This document shows, piece by piece, positions 53,901 through 64,000 of a stretch of DNA of 64,000 nucleotides. Each line of letters starts with the position of its first letter. Positions within the stretch are counted from its first letter, which is position 1. Location of the stretch: assembly GCA_051294375.1 (NCBI GenBank), contig CM119266.1, forward strand, positions 13,056,864 through 13,120,863, in the 5' to 3' direction. This DNA comes from Paraspadella gotoi. Lineage: Eukaryota > Animalia > Chaetognatha. Made by a program: the position numbers and the translations under genes. A model generated the notes under the pieces. The model saw nothing but the letters and a program-made list of their open reading frames with translations. It did not search any database and had not been told where the DNA came from.

Positions 53901-56549
53901 TTGTTCTTTCTCTCTCTCTCTCNNNNNNNNNNNNNNNNNNNNNNNNNGGTGAAAGATGATAATATTTTAAAAACAAAAGTATAGTAATATGATTCATAAT
54001 TTAGCGCGCTAGAAATTGTATAACCACCTATAGAGAAACTAGCCACCATTAGATATTATACCTGCATAGCCGCTTCACTACCCATCATTCGTTTTCCTAA
54101 AGTGGTGCCACCTTTAGTGTTATGTGTCGGCGCGCGGGCAAATTTAGGACCGGAGAAGAGATGCGAGAAATGGGTTTATTGATCGACGTCCGGCACCTCA
54201 TGAATAATCTTTCCGGCTGAGTTAAAACTTTTTTCACACTGTCTCTCACTGTCCGAATCCAGGTGTACATCTGGTGACTCTACCTCTCTCGTCTCGTTAC
54301 AACTCTAAAAGACACTTAGCTCTCTCAATCTTCTCTCTCTCTCTCTCTGCTCTGGTCGGTACGCCATTTTTTTATTTTTCTCGGCTCTTCCTTCAGACGA
54401 AAGAAAATCTCATATTTGTGACACAGGGAAAGAGATAACCTTTCCATCCAGCGACGACCGCGATTGTTGGTTGTTGTTGTCATTTTTCGTCGTCGTCGTA
54501 TTTTGGCTTAATTTTGTTATGAAATTGGTAGCAGACCAATATAAATTGTTATATTTTTTCAAACTGTTTCACACGAAATAATCTTTTTTTAATTTTGCTT
54601 TTCTATAAATAACCTACAACAACCGGAGAACTTAACTTAAATCCTTTCCCTATTCAAACATTAAAAAATCAGTATTTTACTTGATATGATACCAGCAAAA
54701 CATTGCAAAAGTTTGTTAGACGTAAGTTTTGCTACTTTATTGTATGGTAGGACGAATTCAATTCGAGGAATCAAAAAATGCAATGTAGTTTACAGACACA
54801 ATAATAACGTTTCGAAGCAAGAATAATTTGTGATTCATTTCAAAAATGAGATTGAGTTCTTCCCAATCTGCATTTACATATTGTAGCAGTTTAGGGATCA
54901 TTTCTCATATCTTTTGATCAGTCTTTCATCAGTTCGCTCTTATTTTAAAGCGGTTTAGCTATACTTTTTAATAGGTGTGTTAATAATGAATTTCGTTAAC
55001 GTTTCCAGTTTCCTTCAAGTTAAAAAGATTTAAATGAAAATTTTCAAAATTACTTGTTTCACTATTTTTTCAATTTTTCATATTTTATGAAGATTACCAA
55101 TTTAATTCTATATATATACCCACGCACTGTTCAATAAAACAGCAAGTTAATTATATAAAATTGCAACCGCCCTTTCCAATTCCCAAGTGTTCGTTCCTGC
55201 CGTCCCGCGCTCGAACGTCATTTCCATTTCTTATATTGTCTTTCTTCTTCCATTTTTCTCCGAAAACAAACAATACGAAATGTTTCTTATTCTTTTAAGA
55301 AATGAAGTAAGACAAAAATTATTCTAAAAAAATAAAAAAAACATCTTGGGCTTGAGGTCGCAGAAACTTTTCCGTATTTTATTGCCATTTCACCAATTTT
55401 TCCAGTGAAACGAATTTCGTCTTCTGAAGGCATTGTAATGTTTGTCCTATTTATCTCTTCTCTCTTCTTTTCTATTCTCTCTGCTTTTAACGTCTCTACT
55501 CTCATCACACTCTCTTGTCAAAAAGTCTCTCGGAAAAAAGAAAAATTCAGAATTCGTCCAGGTCTGCTCGCTCTTTGTAATCAAAGGGTACAGATATCAT
55601 CTTCGGAGCTTCTTCTCTCTTCTATCTCTCTCTCTCGCGAATCAGCTCATGGATCTATACCGCAATTACATCGACCTTGCAATAAAAACGAAACTCTTCC
55701 CATGCAATGGGCTCTGTGTCGTCCTCGACCGCGTTATGACTGGATGTCTCGTGTCAATGCTCTCGGCTCATTCCTCTTCTCTCTCTCTCTCTCTCCGGCT
55801 CTGTTTCTCACTCCGTCTCTCTTCTCTTCTTTCTTCGATGTCTCCTTCCTCGGCGTCGCGCTGGGGCATGAGTCCTCTGGCTCACGTCAGTCTGTTCCAG
55901 GTCTGCTCATCCCTCGTCTCTCTCGCCTCCCTCGGCCTCCTCACTGCGCTGCCTCTCCTCTCTCTCTCTCTCACATACCCTCCTCGCGGCCCACGCAATA
56001 CATCTTTTATATATAGCTTATTGAATATGCGGCCATTGGAATGGGAATAGTGGGCCGCAATAAAATTTTAAGAATACACCTCCTCTCTCAGTCGTATCTC
56101 TCTCTCGGCATTCCGCCTCTCTCTCTCCAGATCCTCTCCTCTCTGCTCTCTCTTCTCCTCTCATCTCGACTCTTCTCTCCTCTCTCTCTCACTGCATCTC
56201 CTCATTTCTGCCGCTCTCTTCTCACTCTCTCTCTCCCTCCATCTTCTCCCTCTCCGCCTCGTAACATCTCCCCTCAATATGTTTCCCTTTTTTCTCCTTA
56301 TCTCTCTCCCACTGAGCGCCATCTCCTGCTTTTTCTTTATGTGCTTTTGTTTTCATGCTTTCCTCCATTCTTCGCGTTCTTTCCCATTTTGTCGTCTTTT
56401 TATGTTTTCCTTTTTTTTCCTTATTTTTTTTTTTACTTCTATCGGTCTTCTCCTCGACTTGCCTTTATCTATTTGTTTTCCGCTTTCCTTCATATCCGCG
56501 GTGATCAGGCCGTCAAATTATAATTCTCCAGGGGATAACGAAGAAGGGA

Positions 56550-56648
56550 AGAAAGGGAAAAGGGAAAACAAAGGGGAAAAAAGGGAAAAAAGGGAAAAAA
56601 GGGGAAAAAGGGAAAAAAGGGGCAAAGGGAAAAAGGGAAAAAGGGAAG
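56550..56648 (+). repeat. (AAAAGGG)-type degenerate tandem repeat
   Basis: Visible aaagggaaaa units. Confidence 0.8.
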
Positions 56649-57239
56649 AAGAATAATGAGAAATCACGGAACTTGTGAAGAACTCGGAAAGAGAGGAAGA
56701 AGAGTCAGGGGATGACGATTGGTCACTACTTTCACAGAAGTTGTTGTTTGTTTTACTTGTTTACCAGAAAACAAATTTTTACATTCAAAAGATTACAAAC
56801 GGTTACTAATAATAGTAATTCTGGTATTTCAAGGTTAACATTTATTTTAAGGTTTAGCGAGTGAAATTCAGCTATTTCCGTCGTCTAGGTATCAGTGCGC
56901 CGGTGCCTCTTTCCTGCTGTGGTCCAGACGTAGTACGACGATTTTGTTCCCAAGTCCTGCGGCAGCATTTAAGTGGCTAGCCGCAATGACTCGCAAAAAA
57001 TAAGAACATTTTGTGCGTCGGTCGGCATGCAGAGGTCGACCTCTGGAGTGCTTGGGCCGAGGCGGCTGAGCGAACGCGGAATGTCAGAAGAGGAATGTTG
57101 GATTTTGTTTTAGTTATATTTATTTTATGAAAGGACCTCGTCACTTCTCTCGCGCATAGACCTTGTTATATTCTTGTAAAATGGGGGCAGTTAAAAAGAT
57201 ATCTAAAAATTAGATCATTAAGTCAGTCAATGAAACCCT

Positions 57240-58520
57240 TTCTAATGGGCTATTACGAGAAATATTTTTTATTAATTAAAATGGATGATAAATAATAAGA
57301 ATTAAATTCCTTGCTATATTTAAAGAAATTATCAATAAGAGGATTTTAACTACAATGATGTCTTGCTTATCAAATATATATGCCAGTTATATATATTGTT
57401 TTAAAACCTTTATTATGATAAAGCAAGCCAGTGTGTCAAGCTTTTACGTTTGCAGTGTTAAAAATATCGAATGCTAATTTTTTTTTCCACCAGACCAAGA
57501 AGGTAGATGTCCAGACTGTTTAATATCAAGCTGAAAACTATTATTTTGTATTTATATTTTGTGGATATTTAAAAAAAACATTTCTTATCAAAGCTACAAC
57601 CTAAATTTTTGGCTTGTTTTTTACCTTTACTTAAAAAAATGAATAAGCAGTTTCATGGAATAAAGAAAATTTTAAATATAATGAAAATCTCCAATTCAGT
57701 CTTTCGCTTTTTTCGAATTCAAATAAAAAAATAAAAAAATTTCCTATGCCTTCAATTGAAATTTTTTAAAGCAATAAAAACTGTATAATACTTTTAACTC
57801 TGATTAAACAAAAGGCGTGTATATTATGGATTTAAATTAATAAACACTTTTTTAAGAAGAGGTGTCCCCATGATTAGGGCTTTAATTTGATACCACACCC
57901 CATCTTGCTAGAGCTCTTTTCTTTCAAAAGTTATTTAAAAAAATAACTTTTTGTTCAAAAACCTACGGGTACGCACGGTACAAATCTTGTTGTTAAATAA
58001 ATTTTGGCAAAGCGGAGTAATCTACTTATTCTATTGGATGACAATACTTAAATTTTAAAAATAAAACTTAAGAAAAATTTTTTGTCATTTAGTGAGACAT
58101 ATCCTTTCGATGACCGCATCGTATAATAATTGATTTTATTTATTCCTAAAAAAAGCCTAAATTAAAAAAAGTTGATAATTTTTTAAAATTGTTGGAAAAC
58201 AAATTTTCTCCGACCTATGCTCATTGAGAATTAATGGTTTTGCATAGAAATCCAAAAATATCAAAAAAATAAAAAAAATCAGGCCTCATAGAAAAATTGA
58301 AAGGGCTAGAGGCTGAAATTTTTTTAGATTGCAAATTTTTTTTCCTAACTCAAAAATCCATTATTCTCAAGTTTCAAAAATATTTTTTCCAAAAAATCAT
58401 GTCGACTCATTTTTTTTTATTAATTTAAATATTTTATGATGTTGTTTTTTTGGTTTGAAAGAAATTAAAAAAAGTGAAAAAGTATAGTTAATTATATAAG
58501 GGTTTTTGGGAATACCCTTT
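57240..58520. mobile_element. Possible AT-rich non-autonomous DNA transposon remnant
   Basis: Motif gtgtccccatgattagggctttaatttgatacc (~57862-57894) resembles the reverse complement of ggtatcaatattaaaagcataatatggggcac (~14117-14148), suggesting a dispersed repeat. It ends in ccctttaa. TIRs are not convincingly matched. Confidence 0.3.
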
Positions 58521-59709
58521 AAATATTAAGATAATTAAGATTACAGGGGAGTAAGCAGAGAAAAACTTCCCATTCAATGTTTTTAAAAGAAATTTGGAAA
58601 TTAATGAATTGGTCTATATGTTATTTTTTTAGATTTAATTGACTAACATACAAACTATTAATGAATTTCATATATAATTGAGGAAAGATGGGTAAAAATA
58701 GTTCATTCTTGGTTCGTTAACTATTTAAAGTGTATCGTTAAAGTTGTTTTAAATAATATTAATATTTTTTTTTTGTCAATTATAAAAAACGCAATGGTCT
58801 AAATTTTTGTAAGCGTTTCGAGCTATATTGCTTCATCTTTTTTACTATTTTGTGATCGTAGTATAGCTTTTTGTTAATGGCTCTAATGGGTTATGGTCAG
58901 ACACAGTAATGTCGCAGTAGTGTATATCGGAGCATGATTACCTAAAGTAATAATCAATTATATTTGGCTCAGAACAATTTCAAAGGGACAAAATCAGCAA
59001 ACGTGACAGTAACGCCACGTTATTTTTCATTGTGTCCTTAAAAATTGAATACTGTTCTTTCTTTAAATATGAAGAGTGTGTATGCATGCTACATTATAGG
59101 GGTCGTTTCACAAAAAAGGTTTGAAAATATTCGCGCATAGTTTATTCTCTACAATGGCTAGCGAGAACTTTGCTGATGAGTTGTGGGAAGGCAGCGTAAA
59201 GTGTAGCGTGTAGGCAAGATACGGCGGATTGTACTCGTATAGCTGCTTTTGTCATATATAAGCTTGAGACTGGATATAATCGAAGCGATACAAGGCATAT
59301 GAGAAACTATCAGGCAATGCTTGCGGGCAATAATTGTCTTCGCAGCTAAAATTCTGACGTGGATATGCCTAGTAACGATGGACCGTCGATAAATGGAGGT
59401 AGGAAGTGGTCGCACATCGACCGCGTGGGCCTAAATTAGAGTACTATTATAGAAGGGGTGATAGTTGTCATAATTTAGTGTTAATGTGGGATCGCCCTAA
59501 TCGAGGTGTTATGCGGCAAGTTTAAAAGTATATACGGGACATTCATGCCGTACGGATATCACCAAACAGACTGCTAGCCTTATGTGAATCTCAAGGAGCG
59601 TAGAGCGGCAGATATTCTCATATATTCGTATGCGAAAAATCACAGACCGACAGAACGACTGTGATCGACTATACTCCAGCCGAAAATCTTAAGAATGTAT
59701 TTTTGTTAC

Positions 59710-62700
59710 CTTTTGGTCATTCGTCCCTTCTGTTCATGTACTGTACTACACCCGGCGAACAATTGCGGCTTTGGCGTATAAATTACTATTAACAGTAGAA
59801 AACTCGAAAATGATAATTCCAAACTATTAATACCTAAAAACGATTGGACTTGCTTTATATTTATTATGAATCAACAAACTTCCAAAGAATACATAGAGAT
59901 TTGAGTCTAACAATAGAAAACGGAAACCTCGTTGTTTTTAAATTCATGTATGACTTCTTTTCGCGGGGCTGTTAGGTCAAAAGCAGTATATCTTATTGTA
60001 AAAAAGCGAAATGCGAGGACTGTTGGATCGCGAGCTGAGGAAAAGTCGTCACAATTTAGAAACACCAAATTGACATAAACATCGGAAGTCGGATAAGTGG
60101 ATAATTCCACGGTTAACCACAACCAATTAACACAAAGGGGAGATGCAATACAAGTCTTAAATTCACATTAATAAGTTTTTTGGGAAAGAATGCCTTTAAA
60201 TTAATAGATTACAAAATCTAAAATATAATCTTACAGCCAGTAGCCGAGGCCTTGTTTTTTTTCGTCTTAACCCCCGAGTGCTGCTGCCGCTCTAACGCTC
60301 CCTGCCGAGCGCGGCCGTGAAGGGATCCAGCGGACGCGCCTGGAGGATTTTTCGTCGCAGGAGCCAAAAAGAGCCGCGAAGCTCGCGCGCGTGAACGCGG
60401 AACACATAAACAAATCGAAAAAGGAATGAAAAGCCTACTTTCCTTGTCTTACCTATTTAGTAAAATTGTTGCCTTCTGAGGGTTAATGATTTATTAAAAT
60501 ATAAATCTCGGATGGCGACTAGCTCATTATTGTAATTCTGCGGGCAGCCATGTGCAGCCTACGCACTGGTGACTCTAATACTTTTCTTCGGGTCTCTCAC
60601 ACTTCCACACTATCAGCCAGCATACCTCCGACGATTGCGTCCACGGATTTCTGGTGAATTTCATACCATATTAGTGCCATTCTAAAATTTTAGGAACAAG
60701 ACAATATGTCAAAAATATTATATTGTTAATTAACGATTATTTTGACTTGAGATCCTATTCTTTTCTGTTCTCTTTGATTCTTTTATTTTCTTTTGCTTAA
60801 TCTTTAGCCGAGGATTCTTTAGGTTTTTTTCAAAAACTATCTTTTAATCTCCTTATTAATTATAAAATCTACCATTCATCGTTCACACTCGTAGATAAGA
60901 GTATCAATCGTATTGACTGTCAGGAGTGATGAGGATGTACGTAGAGTCTGCCGTGTTTGTATGTGAATATTACACCAGTGAGTCGGGACTGTGAGCATCT
61001 CCAGTGCATGAGGATGATATTGTGTGGATGAGCGAGATCGTGTGATGGACGGGGAGCGTGGCAGCAAGACGTTATGATGACTTCAGAGCTGCGGAGAAGA
61101 TCAACGCGTCTTTCTGAGGGGATAGCTCGTGTTTACTCCTCCAAGGAGAGACCTCTCAGCAGGTCACGAGCTGAGATCCGAGAGCGGATCGATTCGTCTT
61201 TCCGCAATCGGGGGCGTCCCTTCGCCTCGAATGTGGCGACCGGCCAACGAGTTATATTGGCATCGAGGACGCAAGATATAAAGGAGAACGAACCGTGATC
61301 TTCATTGATGAGGACCGAGGTCTCTACAAGTGGCCAAGACTCTTCAGAGAGAGGCATGTTGGGGATATCACCAATTGTCGCGCGGGGAAGACTTCACGAT
61401 AGCCAAGGATATATTAACGTATTTAACATATCTAATATATAGATTTCCCTTTTGGCCTTATTTTTCACCCAAAACTGGCCCATCTTTCTCATGTAAATTT
61501 GCGGAAAATTGGTATTTAGTGTAATTTTGTACTTTAAATATTGTGATAAGAGGTTATGGTTATGGATTAATTTAACAGATTAAGCGGGGTTAGTGATTAG
61601 GGTTAGGGATTAGATTGTTTAAGGTTCGGTTACAGGATGAGGGATAAAAACATAGGGGTCTAAAAGATCTAGTTTAAGAAGTTAAGAAACTAATTAATTA
61701 GGAGACCAAGGATTAGATAAGTTTGATTAAGATTGGATTAAACTTTGTTTTGTGGAAATTTAACAGCATACGGGTCGGCTTTTGGAAAAAGAGAGCACAA
61801 AATCCTTACTTTTGAAACCGGATACAACCCGTCTGCAGTGCGTTTCGTCCTTACATAACTTTTACCTTTTAAAAAGGCGTAAACCGAGTGATCGTCCGAT
61901 TCGGCGCCTTCATGTCTCATCCGCCGAGACGTGACCATTTCCGAGGGCGCGCACAGTCCGTTCGATTGGCCGCGCGGAGGGACGCCAATCGGAATGCCAC
62001 GATTACTTGGTGGAATGGGGGAAGTGAAAGCCTCGTAGGACGAAGAATCACCCTGTTGCGATGGAAGAGTCAAGTAATCCGAGTAAGAACTGACACGCTC
62101 CTTAGTAATTATATATTATTGATTAAGTGTGATTATTCATTTAATGTTTAACTTTGATGTTTCCTGATAATGTTATATCGTGACCTTCTGTCTTTAAATC
62201 GTTTATCTAAGACACAATTTTCGCATTTCAGCCCCTAGATGGACTACTATGTCAATTTCGTCAGTTCGTCACACGGATTCTGGTATCTGTTCAGCGTGCT
62301 CCGCTTACAGGCGTCGGGTAACGCTGCCATGCGCTGCAAACGCGTACAACTTCTCTGCCACGTTTTTCCCCAAATTGTTCATATGCGCGAAGCTCTCTGC
62401 TCTCTTCTCTCTCTCGTCTTCGTCTCTCGATATCTCTCTCTCGTTCTATCCTCTCGTTTCGCTTATCTGTTCGTTGGATCTTTCATGCATCTTGTCTTAT
62501 CTTCGTCTTCGTGCGGCTAGCTGCGCTCTTCTAACGTCTTTTCTTTCGTTGGAATCCGTCCAGTTGTTCTTTCTCTCTGTTGCTCTCCGTTTTTACCTTC
62601 TTTAAGTTATGGCCTAAATTTCCCTCTATCTTGCTATCTTTTTCTTTTGGTTACTTCATTATTATTAATATCTATTATTATTTATTTTCGTATATAACTC

Positions 62701-63170
62701 TCTTCTCGCTCTCTCACATCCTTTCGATCTTCTCATCAGCTCGATATTCTTCGTGTAATCCTCTCTCTCTTCCCTTGCTATTCTCCTCCTGCGTTTTATT
62801 TCATTTTCAGGATCTTCTCTTTGGGAAAAGGGTGATGACAATTTAAAAAAGCAAATAAATGGGAAGAGATCTCGCGTTTATTTTTTCCTGACCCTTTTCC
62901 TTTTCCCAAGTTTCCTCGTCCGAGTCATAGATCGAGAAGTGAATAAAGCGGATGCTAGGGCGAGTTCTGGCCGCGCGAGGTATAGTGAGTTGATGGGGTG
63001 GAATGTTGCTGTGCGCCTAATATTATGTGCGATGGTCGGGAAAGTGGGATTGTAACCTAAAAGGGGGTAGATGAGGTATAATTCCCTTACATCGTGATAG
63101 TATCCTCTCGCGTGCGGATGTAGAATGGGATTCATCTGTTTCCGTATAATTCCGATCGTCTTACGTTTTC
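59710..63170 (-). other. Series of exon-like, higher-complexity segments in error-rich sequence; possible unidentified multi-exon gene
   Basis: Minus-strand acceptor/donor-like sites bound GC-richer blocks (acceptor cgcaacAG ~62053 with donors GTAAAA ~61865 or GTAAGG ~61809; ccccttttAG ~63058; GTAGAT ~60872; GTAACA ~59710). No recognisable protein motif was found. Confidence 0.25.
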
Positions 63171-63220
63171 TCAGATGAGTGATGGCGACGACAGTAGAGG
63201 GAGAAAAAAGGAGAGGATGA

Positions 63221-63263
<43 letters not shown>

Positions 63264-64000
63264 GAGAAGAGCAGGAGAGAGAGACAGAGAAGAGAGAGAG
63301 AGTGAGAGGCAGAGGAGAGAGAGAAGAGAGGAGAGAGAGAAAGCCTCTCTCTGTCTCGCTCATCTAAAAAGTAAACATCAATATCGAACAATCCCATTTT
63401 ACATCGCAGCAATATAACATGAAATATCTCATCACCCTTTGTTTCACCCACTCCATCGCACAATTACACCATCACCCCATCACCCACTTCCGGCGCCAAC
63501 TCGCCCTGGATCCTCCCTTCGATATTGACAATGGAAGGAGGCGGAAAAAGCAATCTCTCCATTTATTTGTTTTTAATTCCCTTTTCCAGGAAATGNNNNN
63601 NNNNNNNNNNNNNNNNNNNNNNNNNNNNNNNNNNNNNNNNNNNNNNNNNNNNNNNNNNNNNNNNNNNNNNNNNNNNNNNNNNNNNNNNNNNNNNNNNNNN
63701 NNNNNNNNNNNNNNNNNNNNNNNNNNNNNNNNNNNNNNNNNNNNNNNNNNNNNNNNNNNNNNNNNNNNNNNNNNNNNNNNNNNNNNNNNNNNNNNNNNNN
63801 NNNNNNNNNNNNNNNNNNNNNNNNNNNNNNNNNNNNNNNNNNNNNNNNNNNNNNNNNNNNNNNNNNNNNNNNNNNNNNNNAGAAAGAGAGAGAGAAAACA
63901 GAAACGGAAAGTAGAAAAAACAAAAACGCGAGACCTTTAAAAAATAAAGCTAAACAAAAAATAAACTCCTCTTCTGGAATTCGTCCAAAAATGTTTTTTT

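Noticed and set aside
55405-56523. Overlapping 160-203 aa ORFs
   Set aside because: CT-rich, error-laden low-complexity sequence that lacks stops for compositional reasons.
61550-61645. Telomere-like TTAGGG words
   Set aside because: Only about two perfect units in a degenerate internal tract; not a telomere.

Overview
Eukaryotic (very probably invertebrate animal) draft-assembly window. It is AT-rich and gene-poor, with many (GA)n/(TTTC)n/(GTC)n microsatellites, many N gaps and indel-rich stretches that look like unpolished long-read sequence. The one clearly identifiable gene is a multi-exon, minus-strand ionotropic glutamate receptor (iGluR/IR-like) gene, present twice. Copy 1 (exons 2727->351) is clean and its 3' part runs off the left edge. 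Copy 2 (~26214->21330) is complete but full of frameshifts. The spliced protein is very atypical: it appears to lack the amino-terminal domain, the alpha-carboxyl-binding Arg is replaced by Leu, the pore loop reads ALGFDD, and the SYTANLAAF gate is replaced by LFSAQLTSD. The ~9 kb duplication (1-9175 vs 23514-31641, plus 19425-19761 vs 32705-33016 at a 25-N gap) is more likely a haplotype or gap-filling artefact than a true paralog. Between the copies lie nested, oppositely oriented Helentron-type non-autonomous (HINE/DINE-1-like) elements containing an 18-bp minisatellite. The right half holds a minus-strand exon encoding an EGF-like domain with unusual Cys spacing, several unidentified exon-like segments and candidate cis-regulatory islands. 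No rRNA, tRNA or CRISPR was seen. Most ORFs in the supplied track are microsatellite or N-gap artefacts.
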